Of a DNA stretch of 64,000 nucleotides, positions 1 to 13,417 are shown one piece after another. This DNA is from Octopus vulgaris (taxonomy: Eukaryota). Below the pieces are notes generated by a model. That model had not been told where the DNA came from. It did not search any database and saw only the letters and a program-made list of their open reading frames with translations. The position numbers and the translations under genes were made by a program. The stretch spans positions 53,692,001 through 53,756,000 of the forward strand of contig OX597828.1 of assembly GCA_951406725.2 (NCBI GenBank). Direction: 5' to 3'. The number at the start of each line of letters is the position of its first letter. Position 1 is the stretch's first letter.

Positions 1-498
1 TGTTGAGTGCAGTTAACTCTAACAGACGGTTGCTTACTCAAAACTGTGTAATGGAATTTCGTAGATAAAATATATAATCGATATACTTATTGGTAGGTTT
101 TAATAGTTTAGTAATCGATAAAAATATCAATACTGAAATCAACATTGAATGGATTGCTGTTACGGAAGTCGCGTCGGTTACCAATTCGTGTGACAAGGCA
201 AGAATTCAAGGAGAGCGTGATGTTTTCTTTTTTCCTTTTGTTTTTTAAGGATTTTTTTTTTCTCTTAACGCTACTTTATTATTTTGTTTGAATTTTTGTG
301 CCCAACACAAACCTACCAGAACGCACACACGCAAGAACACGCACTCACACACACACATACATGCAGACATACACTTACTTAGAGAACCAACTACACCGCG
401 CACACACGCGTCCGCATTCACACACACATACACATACACACATACATACATCCACAAACCCCAGAATACACACATGCAAAAATGCACATGCATATATA

Positions 499-882
499 GG
501 TGCAGGAGCAGCTGTGTAGTAAGTAGCTTGCTTACTAACCACATGGTTCCGGGTTCAGTCCCACTGCGTGGCACCTTGGGCAAGTATCTTCTACTATAGC
601 CACGGGCCGACCAAAGCCTTGTGAGTGGATTTGGTAGACGGAAACGGTATATATGTATATGTGTTTGTGTGTCTGTGTTTGTCCCCCCCCCACCAACATC
701 GCTTGACAACCGATACTGGTGTGTTTACGTCCCCGTAACTTAGCGGTTCGGCAAAAGAAACCGATACAATAAGTACTATGCTTACAAAGAATAAGTCCTG
801 GGGTCGATTTGCTCAACTAAAGGCGGTGCTCCAGCATGGCTGCAGTCAAATGACTGGAACAAGTAAAGGAGTAAAAGAGTAA
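499..882 (+). mobile_element. tRNA-derived SINE, family A (octopus-type), near full length
   Basis: Head GGTGCAGGAGCAGCTGTGTAGTAAG...GGTTCAGTCCC with A/B-box-like motifs. Body CCTTGGGCAAGT...CTACTATAGCC and GAGTAAAA-repeat tail. Near-identical copies at 15283, 24566, 25928 and 53593. Confidence 0.85.
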
Positions 883-1097
883 CGTAGTTGATTGATTGCT
901 TAGTTGGCTAAATAGCTAACCGACTGATGAATAATGAAGACGTGAAATTGAACCGGCGTTTGTGTTTGCTATTGGCATAATGACCGTCCCGTAAAAAAAC
1001 TCTGTGTGTGTGTGTACACACACATATACGTACACACATTCATTTAAATATATACATATATATACATACTTATAAATATATATACTTACATATATGC

Positions 1098-1141
<44 letters not shown>

Positions 1142-1479
1142 GTAAATGCTGAAATTGATATATGCACAAATGTAGATGTATAAATGCACACACACCCATG
1201 TATACTGGTTTGGATGAAGTGTGGGATAGTCTCGTCTGGTGTTGTATGGTACGGTACAGAAAAATGTGTGGTGGAGGTAGGGGTCGCGACTGCTAGAATC
1301 GAACGTGAAACCGGAGATTATCGGTAAACAAGTTTAGTGAAATGTCAGCCTATTTCATTACAAATGCACACACATACTCTCTCTCACTCATACATACCTA
1401 CATACATACATGTGAATACGTGTATATATGCGTGTGTGTATGAATGGGTGTATGTATATTTACTCTCGTATAAAATTTA

Positions 1480-1725
<246 letters not shown>

Positions 1726-1836
1726 ATTCTTTATTGTAATGCTGGCAGCAGACCACACCACTCATTCACTCCCTAAGCCACTAGCTCTCTCTCTTTCTCC
1801 CTCTCCCTCTCTCTCTTTCCCTGTCTCTCTCTCCCC

Positions 1837-1877
<41 letters not shown>

Positions 1878-2176
1878 TTATATCTCTTCCCTTCTCCTCA
1901 AAGGCATCGTGTGACATTAAGAAAGGCGGTTCTGGGCCAAAAGCATTTCCCTCCATCTCTTTCTACTAAATAAACACACATACGCAACACTATCGCCTCG
2001 ACCACAACAAGCATTACTACTACCGCTGCTGCTACAAACCTCACCATCATCACCAGCATCACTAACATCACCGTCAAGGACATTCTCGCGAACGTTGTGG
2101 CCACCACCAAAATGCATTGGTTCTGCACATTGGAATCTATTTGCCGAAGGGTGGATACCTTTCTTGCTTCTCCCAG

Positions 2177-2219
2177 CTGATGAACTACAGGAACCTGTTG
2201 GAAGGAGATCTGCGCAATG
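2177..2219 (+). other. candidate host exon (43-nt internal exon, or 3' end of a first exon starting near 1764)
   Basis: Polypyrimidine tract plus CAG (TTTCTTGCTTCTCCCAG, ends 2176) and a strong donor ATG|GTAAGA (GT at 2220) in non-repetitive sequence. Inr-like TCATTC at 1762-1767. Product not recognised. Confidence 0.3.
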
Positions 2220-2321
2220 GTAAGAAATATAGAGTTTTTAATTTTACCAGTTCTATAACACGTACGTGATCACAAATGAAAATAAGAAATTTAAAATGAT
2301 AATAAATTATAATAATAAAAT

Positions 2322-2404
<83 letters not shown>

Positions 2405-2410
2405 ATAATA

Positions 2411-2476
<66 letters not shown>
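2322..2476. repeat. (AGT)n-(AAT)n compound microsatellite
   Basis: Read directly. Confidence 0.95.
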
Positions 2477-2477
<1 letters not shown>

Positions 2478-3007
2478 CCCTGATGCAGTACCAGGCAGTG
2501 GCTCTCATGGCTTCTGATCTTAACTGATTGGAAGTGTTATCATGTACATTGTTTTGTCTTGGTATAAAAGATGGGCTACAGCAAATATTCTGCTCAATAC
2601 CACAGATTTGCTTGTCAGTTGTTTGACCTTAACCAGTTGAGCATGTCCCTTAGTGGCTGACGATATGTGCATCTCTGATCACGAGCAGAAGTAATGGGGA
2701 AACATTATAGCCATGTGTTGAGAGGGATTCTTTGGGGTTTGAATAATTCACCTCTGGAAACATGGGTGTTTCGTTCAACATTCTTAAACAGCCCTTATTC
2801 AGGGACCTTTTGAGCGGGATGGGCTACTCAACCTGAAGAAAATTCTAACTGGGCCCCACCTGCAAGGTCATGTGCTGTTTATCTTGATATGAGATCACCA
2901 TGTCGCGCACATATGGTTGTGATGCATGTGTCTAGTGTACCCTTATCAGGCGGGTACGTATATTTTATCTCAGTGTCACTTTCATGGCATGCACTGTTTT
3001 CTTACTC
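2477..3007. mobile_element. unclassified ~530-bp insertion embedded in (AAT)n
   Basis: Complex sequence with sharp borders and (AAT)n on both sides (2403-2476 and 3008-3123). No ORF and no TIR. Confidence 0.45.
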
Positions 3008-3125
<118 letters not shown>

Positions 3126-3129
3126 TAAA

Positions 3130-3440
3130 ACTGGTACTCTGTCGGTCATGACGACGAGGGTTCCAGCTGATCCGATCACTGGAACAACCTGCTCGTGAAA
3201 TAACGTGCAAGTGGTTGAGCACTCCACAGACACATGTACCATGGAGATTCAGCGTGACACAGAATGTGACAAGTCTGGTCCTTTGAAACACATGTACAAC
3301 TTAATTTTGCCAGCGGAATGGACTGGACTAACGTGAAATAAAGTATCTTGCTCAAGGATACAACGTGTTGCAAGGAATCGAACTCACGACTCTACGACTG
3401 TGAGATGAATACTCCTAACCCTTCAGCCACGCGCCTTCAT
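3130..3440 (-). mobile_element. tRNA-derived SINE, family C-related
   Basis: Shares GACGACGAGGGTTCCAGCTGATCCGATCA...GAGCACTCCACAGACAC with 41850-42231. Minus-strand head GAAGGCGCGTGGCTGAAGGGTTAGG...GAGTTCGATTCC. Confidence 0.7.
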
Positions 3441-4260
3441 GCAAAATGAAACATCGTTTAATATGTTATAATAAATTAAGCAGCCATGTAACTTTAATGC
3501 TTTATTAAACTTTATGGGATGTTGGAAGTAATTTCAACTGGGGGTTAGAAAATTTAGTCAGTGGAGAGTTTGAAGTTTCAATATAAGATAGATTCTACCC
3601 GACGGCCAAGGTTTCTCCATCCTTGCAATACAGGGGCACTTAAGTTGTTAGAATTAGAAGCTAAAGACTCCCTTAAATTCGTTTTCCTGTCTTAGGAAAT
3701 AAAGGTTACAGAAAAGAGAGTCGTCGCAGCTACACTATTTTTCAATATTCCCACGGTTTTTTTTGCTTCAGATTTTCCCTGATCAAGCAGGCATACAGTA
3801 AAATGAGTTCCATCCATGGCTGTCCCATCTTTTTGAATAGCTTGGAGTATATTGTTCCATGTGCAAGTTATCTTCGTGTGTGCTCTTGCTCTGCCTATTC
3901 CATTCTGTTCTTCTACGATGTGCATCCTTATATGCGCACGCGTCTGTGTTTGTGTGTGTGTGTATATACATGTGCGTATGTGTGCATGCCCGTGTGTGTG
4001 TCGTTTTTCTTAGTAGCGCTATGACCCTCCCCTCAGCCCCGTCTCCTACCCCGTTGTCGCAGCTGCTGCTCTTGAACCTGAAATTTTTGTACCGTTCTTG
4101 TAACTCTGTGTTTGTGTGTTTACCACGCTGCCGCTATCATGCACACAAGAAGACGGAAAGTGTCGCTGAAGAGGTCACAGATGTGCGACGAAAAAAATGA
4201 TCCTCCCGAAATACAACAAGATATATATATGTACGCGCGCGTGTGTATGTGTGCGTACTG

Positions 4261-4510
4261 TGGAGGCACAATGCTTAGGCGTTGATCGTAAATTTGGTCC
4301 CTTGATCGTAAATTTGTGGTTTCGATTCCTAGCCCGGGCAATGCGTTGTGTTCTTGAGCAAAACACATCATTTCATGTTGCTCCAGTCCACTCAGCTGGC
4401 AAAAGTGAGTAATCCTGTGACGGTCTAGCATCCCATCCAGGTGGGGAATATATACGCCATGAAACCGGGAAACCGGCCCCTGTGAGTCTGGCATGGCTCG
4501 AAAAGGAAAC
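4261..4510 (+). mobile_element. tRNA-derived SINE, family C-related, diverged
   Basis: GGAGGCACAATG head, GTTTCGATTCC B-box, and TTCTTGAGCAAAACAC...TTGCTCCAGTCCACTCAGC body shared with 36617-36948. Confidence 0.65.
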
Positions 4511-5016
4511 ATTTATTTTGTTTTATATACACACATATAAATATAAATCATGCTTTTACACAGTTTCAGCGAACCGAATTCACTCAAAAGACATTGGTTG
4601 GTCTGGACTAATGTACAAGAAACTTGCCCAAGATTTCACTCGGTTGGACTGAACCGGAAACCATGTTGTTAGCAAAGCGAGTTACTTAATTTTAACCATC
4701 CGCCGTAGAGTTTTAAGTGACGATTAACCATAAGCGAATCAGCAATATGGTTTCGATTCCCAAATATAGCTAATTTCAGTTTGTCACTAATACACTTTTT
4801 AGGGAAATCAAGAAGCGCCCCATCCATGACCCTATCTATCAATCAAGGCTTAGTAAGCTTGATAGTGACTGGTTCCCCTTCTCTATATTTCTTATAATAA
4901 ACCTTCATTATTTTATTATTTTTCTTCTTCATGTTTTCTTCATTTTCTTGTTGTTTTCTTATTTTCTCTTCGTTACCTTCTTTTACCCCTTCTTTCTTTT
5001 ATCAGATCTTTCTTTC

Positions 5017-5047
<31 letters not shown>

Positions 5048-5330
5048 TGATGGTCACTGTCTGACACAGGTCAGTCTCTGGAAGTTAATCCCATCGAAAC
5101 AAATTAGCTTTATTCGTGTTTGTTCTCTGGATGTTATTTTGCCGTTGCTGCTGCTGCTGCTGCTGCAGTTTAAGGTTCAGGTAAGCCGTGAGATTGGGCA
5201 GACTTATTGATCAAAGACCACGTTCCCGCATTGACAAATTGACCATCCCAATTTTTTGTTTGCTTGTTTTTGTTACACACACACACATATATACATATAT
5301 ATATATACAGATTTATACATATTTTCATAA

Positions 5331-5377
<47 letters not shown>

Positions 5378-5378
5378 T

Positions 5379-5425
<47 letters not shown>

Positions 5426-6589
5426 CAAATATATACACACATACACACACATATATATATATACACATATATAGATGCATATACACATACATATATACAT
5501 ACAGACGTATATATTGACTTTATCCGACATCTTGTATATCAGACAGCATTAATCTAACGTATATGTCCATCCGCTTATTTTCTAAGACGTTTTGGGTGAC
5601 ATTTGAGGGAGATTTGATCACTATTTCTAACAGAATGGACGGCCTGGTGGAAGGTCTTTTATTAGGTAATAGATGGGTCGGTCTGTTGACTGGTTGATCG
5701 ATAACAAAGTTGGACGGTTGGACGGTTGGTGAGTGAGCTACTGCATACATACATACATACCTACATACCTACATAGATACACACACATACATGCACACAT
5801 ATATATATATACATCTGTATGTGCGTATAGAAGAGGGAAAGCGTGTGAGAGAGAGCTGGTATTAAGGTCCGAGAAACGATGATGTTACTGCTACGCAAAG
5901 CCTTCTGTTATAAATCGACTCAAACGTTTACACTAATAATACCGGAGATGTCAGATTTAAGAGACACAAATACTCCAGAAAATCGTCTTAGTGAAGCTGC
6001 CTTTTTGATATAGCATGGTGAAGAGGGATGGTAGGAGGTATGGTGGTGGAATGGTGGTGGAATGGTAGTGGAAAATGGTAGTGGAATGGCGGTGGTGCAA
6101 TGATGTGGATTTGGTTACTGAAATTGTGAATACGTGTGTCGTATGTGTGTGTGTAGGTGTGTGTGTGAATGAGTAAGTGTGCGTAAACAATGTGGTGGTG
6201 GTGGTGGTGGTGGTGGAGGCGGCGACGGCGGTGGTGCTGACAGCGGAGGTGGCCGTGGCTGGAAAAAAATGTTAGAAAGAAGAGTGAGTATTACAAACGG
6301 AGAAATAGCGAGGGAAATGCGATACCGAATGAAGGGCGCGTGTGTTTGTACACACACACACACATATATACACATATGTTTACATACGTGTGTGTGAACA
6401 CGTGTGTGTGTGTGAGAGAGAGAGAGAGCTTATTTATGTATATGTATATATGTATGTATTATGTATGTGTGTGTATACATGCACATATATGCAGATGCCC
6501 ACACACGAATGCATACAAGCATACAAGGTGCGTAATGTATATGAGTACATACCTTTTTGGGGACATTGCTGCATGTTTTGCTAACTCTG

Positions 6590-6775
6590 TATAATCTTTG
6601 TTTCAGAAAATAATAATGGCAGATCCTCAGCTTACTCAAGAAATGAATAGGCGTGTTGTTATTGTGGTTATAAAAGCTGAGCATAGCGATGTAGAAATAT
6701 CTCGATTTTTAAAAGTTGCCAGATCTTTCGCCCATAAAGTTTGTAAGGGGCTAGAGACTGAAAGTGGAAACGGAG
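6590..6775 (+). pseudogene. Tc1/mariner-superfamily transposase N-terminal (HTH) fragment
   Basis: MADPQLTQEMNRRVVIVVIKAEHSDVEISRFLKVARSFAHKVCKGLE resembles a transposase paired/HTH start and is then truncated. Catalytic domain absent. Confidence 0.4.
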
Positions 6776-7070
6776 ATATTGTCATTCACACATATTTATA
6801 TCAGTGTATTTACGTGTGGGGGTGGGGGTGGGGGGCACGCGTGAACGAGAGTGACAACAGTGGGAATTAGTACTCAATATCACCTTTGGCGATTGAAATA
6901 TTCTTAATTTGTGGATTGATAATGCTGCTAGAGTGTTCATGCGAAAAACCTTGCAGTTCTCAATTGCTTCAATTAAAAATGTTAGCAATCCGTCTTACTG
7001 GGTAATCTTACTTTTGGTAATCTGTCTTACTGGGCTTCAAATGTCGTTTGTTTATATCGAGTGAAGGATA

Positions 7071-7138
<68 letters not shown>

Positions 7139-7664
7139 AGAAAGAGAGAGGGGCCTATGGTTATATATATAAGTACCCTATTTTTAAATGCCTACAACCT
7201 CAGTATGTTGACACCTATAGGCAATGAAAATAAATTATCTACTTTTAGCTATAGGCTGAAACAGCTGTAAGAAGTGATTATAACGATTTCATTAATTTAT
7301 ATTATGACTTTTATAATTTGTATTCTTATCTTATATCATATATGTATTGAATTATAAGATATATATATATATGTATGCTATTGATGTTCTCATGTTGTTA
7401 AATAAATATATAATCCAACATTATAATGTCCGAAAGTTGATGAACAAACTAAATTTGTTTCTCCATTTTCTTATTTATATATATATATATAACACAAAAT
7501 GGGACAAGAACGCAAAACATCCGGACAGCTAGATGATACAAAAAGGGACAACGAAACATCCAGATAGACGATACAAAGAAAACAAGAACGGGTCATTAGA
7601 ATTTTCTTGCTTCAGTCAAGCACCAGATTATGAATGTATTGATAACACTGTTAATCCATAAAAA

Positions 7665-7727
<63 letters not shown>

Positions 7728-7837
7728 TGTACAAATGTATGTATGTATATATGTATGTATGTTTATTTATGCATGTACATATATATGTATGTACATATAT
7801 ATATATATAATCGCACGTATATATAATATATATATAT

Positions 7838-8443
7838 GACTTAGTGGTTCACCAAACGAGATCGATAAAATTACCTAGCCTTTCCCCAAACGAGATCGAT
7901 AAAATGAACTAGCGGTTCAACAAACGAGATCGATAAAATGACGTAGCGGTTCGCTAAACGGATTCGATAAAATTATTTAGCAGGTCGCCAAACGAGATCG
8001 ATAAAATGACGTAGCGGTTTGCCAAACGTGATCGATAAAATGACGTAGCAGTTCGCCAGACGAGATGGATTAAATGACGTAACGGTTCGCCAAAGGGGTT
8101 TGATAAAATGACTTAACGGCTCGCCAATCGAAATCGATAAAATAACGTGGCGGTTAACCAAACGAGATCGATAAAACGACGTAGCGGTTCGACAAACAAG
8201 ATCAATAAAATGACTTAGCGGTTCGCCAAACGAGATGAAATGACGCAGCAGTTCGACAAATGAGATCAATAAAATGACGTAGCGGATCGACAAGCGAGAA
8301 CGATAAAATGATCTAGCAGTTCGCCAAACGAAATCGATAAAATGACATAGCGGTTCGACATACGACACCGGTAAAATGATTTAGAGGTTCACCAAACGAG
8401 ATCAATAAAATGACATAGCGGTTCGACAAACGAGATCCATAAA
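7838..8443. repeat. 34-bp minisatellite, about 17-18 copies
   Basis: Unit consensus TGACGTAGCGGTTCGCCAAACGAGATCGATAAAA, head-to-tail with no spacers. Confidence 0.92.
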
Positions 8444-8466
8444 TTGGCTGTGTTTCAGCAAACGAT

Positions 8467-9420
8467 GGGAAGTTCCGAGGAGGTTTGCAGAAAGTTTGGT
8501 CGAAAACAGCCAGGGCAGTTGCAGGGATTTTCTAATTTCCCTGAAATTTGGTCGAAAACTTCCTGGGAAGTTCCAAGGGATTTCTAAGTTCCTGGAAGTT
8601 TGGTCGAAAATTCATGGGAAGTTCCGATTAGTTTCTAACTTCCCGGAAGTTTGGTCGAAAATTGCCTGGGAAATTCGTAAGATTGTCTAACTTCCGGGAA
8701 CTTTGGTCAAAAAATTCCTGGAAAGTTCCGAGAATTTTCTATCTTCCTGGAAAACTTCTTTGAAAAATTCCGAGGATACCCCCAACTTCCTGAAAAATTG
8801 GTCGGAAACTTCCTGGAAAGCACCGAGGAATCCATGGAAAGTTCCGGGATTCTCCAACTTCCTGGGAAATTGGTCGAAAACTTCATGGAAAGTTCCGAGG
8901 ATTTCATGGAATGTTCCTGGAGAGTTCCGAACAATTTTCCAGGAAGTTGGGGAATCCTCGGAACTTTCCATGAAATCCTCAGAACTTTCCAGGAAGTTTC
9001 CTACCGAATTTACAGGAAGTTGGGGGAATTCTCGGAACTTTCTAGGAAGTTTCCGATCAATTTTCCAGGATGTTAGGGTAATACCCGGAACTTTCCACGA
9101 AATCCTCGGAACGTTCCTGGTAGTTGGGGAATTCTCTGAAATTTCCATGAAATTCTCGGATTTTAGGAAGTTTCCGACCAATACTCCAGGAAGTTGGGTG
9201 AATTCCCGGAACTCTCCATGACTCTCGAGGAAGTTTCCGACCTATTTTACAGGAAGCTGGTGGAATCTCCGGAACTTACCATGCAATCCTTGGACCTTTT
9301 CGACCAATATTCCAGGAAGTTGGGAATCCCCGGACTTTCCATGAAATCCTTGGAACTTTCCAGGAAATGTCCGCCCAATTTTGCCGGAAGTTTGGGGATC
9401 AGCGGAACTTTCCATGAAAT
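8467..9420. repeat. fold-back satellite: internally repetitive arms in inverted orientation
   Basis: Left half built of AACTTCCTGGAAAATTGGTCGG / GGAAAGTTCCGAGG units. After about 8931 the same units appear reverse-complemented (CCTCGGAACTTTCC, TTCCAGGAAGTT). Confidence 0.85.
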
Positions 9421-9839
9421 TATATATATATTATATATACACGTATATATAGTATATATATGAATCTGTGCGATTGAGTAAAAAATGGTTTAGGTGAAAA
9501 GTTAGTCTAAAATGTATAGAGGAATTATTCTCTGGCTACGCGTTCGTATTTGCAACAATTTCACATTTAAAATATACCATCTGACTATTAATATAGCAAA
9601 ATTATTATCAATGGACCTGTCATATTATCAATAATAGCTACCTATTTTTCTAAGTTGATTTTAAATACCATTTTCGCAATTAATTTCGGATATACGAACA
9701 CTCTATTAAAGTATTTTACAGACAGAAAAGTCGTAAAAGTTTTATTGATATTTCGGCAGTCTTCGCATCTTTCCGGTTTTCCTTTATCGGCCAGTCTATA
9801 ATCAGCATTTATTTCTTGCGATTCTCTTTCCGTCTGTCC

Positions 9840-9872
<33 letters not shown>

Positions 9873-10026
9873 CGTCACTCTTTCTCTCCCTCTCCCTCTT
9901 TCTCCCCATCTTTCTCCCACCGCTCTCTCTGCTTCGTTTTTCTCCGCGGTTAACAGCGATACGCGTTTTATATAAAACAGTAGTATTTTTAGAAACCCCA
10001 ATTCGTGTCCGGCAAAAAATAAAACA

Positions 10027-10078
<52 letters not shown>

Positions 10079-10198
10079 TATATTTTAATATATGTTAATG
10101 CTTATTGATAACATTTAATTCTGTGTGTCTTTTCGTCTAAGCTAACTAAAATGCATACGCACACACAAACACACATACACACGCACACACCACACACA

Positions 10199-10254
<56 letters not shown>

Positions 10255-10499
10255 ACATATGTACACAATATTGTGCAACAGATTAAATCTATAAGTTTTA
10301 GCAAACTCTCGTGTAAACACCTTGTGTGTATATCCACTATCATTGTAGACAGTCAAAGAGATCTCGACTAGTGTAGTTTCAATCTTTAACTTCATCACCG
10401 CCGAGAATCACCCTCATACTCTTGTTGAATATATTGTTTATCACCGTGACCACCGTGACCACCGTGACCGACCACACATTGCTGGTCACAATGCGCTTC

Positions 10500-10733
10500 G
10501 TACTGTTTTAACTTTCAAATGACTCCACCCCGCTGGCTAAGCGAGCAGGACAACAGAAGAAAGAGTGAGAGAAAGTTGTGGCGAAAGAGTACAGCAGGGA
10601 TCGCCACCACCCCCGGAGCCTCGTGGAGCTTTAGGAGTTTTCGCTCAATAAACACAACATTCGGTCTGGGAATCGAAACCACGATCCTACAACTGTGAGT
10701 CCGCTGTCCTAACCAGTGGGCCATTGCGCCTCC
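10500..10733 (-). mobile_element. tRNA-derived SINE, family C
   Basis: Minus-strand head GGAGGCGCAATGGCCCACTGGTTAGG...GGTTTCGATTCC. Matches 42040-42231. Confidence 0.8.
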
Positions 10734-10790
10734 ACATATTGTTTATACACGCCCTTAAATAAACTGAATCTTTCTGCTTACAGTCGAACC

Positions 10791-11117
10791 GGCACCTTGG
10801 GCAAGTGTCTTCTACTATAGCCTCGGGCCGACCAAAGCCTTGTGAATGGATTTGGCAGATGGAAACTGAAAGAAACCCGTCGTATATATGTGTGTGTATA
10901 CGTTTGTGTGTCTGTGTTTGTCCCCCGCCCCAACATCGCTTGACAACTGATACTGATGTGTTTACGTCCCCGTAACGTAGCGGTTAGGCAAGAGACCGAT
11001 AGAATCAGTACTAGGCTTACAAAGAATAAGTCCTGGGGGTCGATTTGCTCGACTAAAGGCGGTGCTCCAACATGGCTACAGTCAAATGACTGAAACAAGT
11101 ATAAGAGTAAAAGAGTA
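10791..11117 (+). mobile_element. SINE family A, 5'-truncated
   Basis: Body and GAGTAAAA tail match 499-882. Confidence 0.85.
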
Positions 11118-11118
11118 A

Positions 11119-11165
<47 letters not shown>

Positions 11166-11310
11166 AACATAATTATCTATCAGTGTTTTAATCTGTGCAT
11201 ACGAAGCGTTTATGATCTCCCTTGTTTTTATGCAAATATGGATATATTTACACCTCCCGTCACTCTTTTCCTCGCACTCTTCCTCTTATCCCTTGGAGAT
11301 ATACACTTTT

Positions 11311-11512
11311 ATTCTTTTATTCTTCAACTTGTTTCAGTCATTTGACAGCGGCCATGCTGTAGCACCGCCTTTAGTCGAACAAATCGACCCCGGTACTTAT
11401 TCTTTGTAAGCCTAATACATATTCTATCGGTCTCTTTTGCCGAACCGCTAAGTTACGGGGACGTAAACACACCAGTATCGGTTGTCAAGCGACGTTGTGG
11501 GGACAAACAGAC

Positions 11513-11584
<72 letters not shown>

Positions 11585-11676
11585 GACAGGCTTCTTTCAG
11601 TTTCCGTCTACCAAATCTACCCACAAGGCTTTAGTCGGCCCAAGGTGCAACACAGTGGGACTGAACCCGGAACCAT
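11311..11676 (-). mobile_element. SINE family A, with internal deletion
   Basis: Reverse complement of the family A body with an internal CA/TA microsatellite. Confidence 0.8.
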
Positions 11677-11839
11677 CTTCATCTCCGTCTCTGCTCACTT
11701 GGATTCCTCTTTATAGACACTCTTTACCTTGCGGACTTAGTCCTCGGTAAGGATATCATTTGAGCGATACTTCTTCCTATATTGAGCATTTCTGGATCTC
11801 ATCTGTTGACTCTCTCTCTCGCTCTCTCTCTGTATTATG

Positions 11840-11875
<36 letters not shown>

Positions 11876-12420
11876 TACACATATGTGTACGTGTGTACGC
11901 GTGTGTGTGTGCGTGTGTGTGTGTGTATCTATCAATTGGTATCTGAGAAGTGTAGGGATTAAAAAGTAACAATAAAAAAAGGTAGACAGAAGTTGGAGCC
12001 AATAACGACTTAATGTTGACCAAATACTCTCAACCCACCCACCAACACACCAACCCACCAACCCACTTACAACTACAACAGCAACCACAACACTCACTCC
12101 ACCCCATCTACATCACAACAAAAAACAAAAAAGCATATTCTGCCATCATCTTGCTATGTCGAGTATTTGATCCCTAGACGTGCCTGTGACGGTCATGTTG
12201 AACTGTTGGCCTGTAAGCCAAGGCAGTCAAGCTGTTTATGGCGAATATTCTGATAATATGACATCAAATAACGGATTGAGAATGTGAGCTGAGCTTTGCA
12301 TTAGGGTTTAGCGTAATCGCTGTTAGCTGACATTTGTCTGATGTCCATTGATGCCGATATGTATGTGTTTGTGTGTGTCTCTTTGTAGGTTTTTGTGTGT
12401 GTATGTATGTGTGAGTTTGT

Positions 12421-12482
<62 letters not shown>

Positions 12483-12503
12483 GTGCATGTGTGTGTCTAC
12501 ATT

Positions 12504-12504
<1 letters not shown>

Positions 12505-12582
<78 letters not shown>

Positions 12583-12598
12583 GTAGATAGATAGATAA

Positions 12599-12666
<68 letters not shown>

Positions 12667-12750
12667 GTAGGTAGATAGATAGATAAATAGACAGATATAG
12701 AGACTGACAGGCAGGCAAGCAGACAGACAGATAGATAAATAGATAGATAG
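12505..12750. repeat. (TAGA)n-based compound microsatellite
   Basis: Read directly. Confidence 0.95.
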
Positions 12751-12753
12751 ATA

Positions 12754-12794
<41 letters not shown>

Positions 12795-12796
<2 letters not shown>

Positions 12797-13001
12797 GTGA
12801 CCGCGTGTGTACCGTTGGCGATTTTTTTTCCTCCGTCTTCCCTTCTCTGGATCTTTCCTTCTCCTATGTTTCCGACGAAGAGCTCCGCTCGAAACGTTAT
12901 ACCCTCCTTCTTCCCTTCCTTCCTGAGCGTCCAATAATACTATATTTGTTCCACGTCCTCGCGTTGTTGTGTTTTCTCTTTGTGTTTTCATGTTTGGATT
13001 A

Positions 13002-13005
<4 letters not shown>
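12795..13005 (+). mobile_element. short Penelope-like (pLTR-type) element in (TA)n, hammerhead family H2
   Basis: Flanked by (TA)n on both sides. Near-identical reverse copies at 29083-29270 and 49643-49847. Carries a hammerhead-like motif. Confidence 0.7.
12868..12902 (+). ncRNA. minimal type I hammerhead-like motif (C4 variant)
   Basis: GTTT-CCGACGA-A-GAGC(TCC)GCTC-GAAAC-GTT-ATAC; one mismatch in stem I. Confidence 0.55.
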
Positions 13006-13044
<39 letters not shown>

Positions 13045-13384
13045 ATTTAGGAATGGTCAAACGCACATAGAGATATAAGCATGCGCAAATGAAGACATAC
13101 AATAGAAATACAAAATGGCTGACGGTTAGTAAGGAGAGACACAAATAAGTAAGAAGAAAACAAAGGACCACTGATGCGGTCACAGGAGTGTGACGAAAGA
13201 ACTCTGGCCGAAATAAGATTAAGATTAATGTAAAAAATAAATAACACTGAAGCAAAGTAACACCAAATATATAGTGCGTGTGTTTTTATTGGTTAAACTG
13301 GCAAAATGACCATTCCTAAATACAACAATATCTGTTTCAACACACGACTTCACATAAAAAATCTTGCACAACAAATATTTAAAC

Positions 13385-13417
<33 letters not shown>

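Noticed and set aside
245-709. ORFs with RFRLPNPLTRLWSARGYSRR... (also 10778, 15266, 24740, 26082)
   Set aside because: They are antisense translations of SINE family A copies, not a gene family.
2112-2219. Antizyme-like +1 frameshift at the uORF stop
   Set aside because: The site is AGC-TGA, not the conserved UCC-UGA, and neither peptide resembles antizyme.
2657-2715. CTGACGA...GAAAC as a hammerhead
   Set aside because: No convincing stem II or stem III between or after the core boxes.
7838-8443. CRISPR-like appearance of ~34-bp repeats
   Set aside because: Units are contiguous with no unique spacers, there are no cas genes, and the context is eukaryotic.
8687-9221. 164-aa and 172-aa ORFs on opposite strands
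   Set aside because: Both derive from the same inverted satellite units and give mirror-image repetitive peptides.
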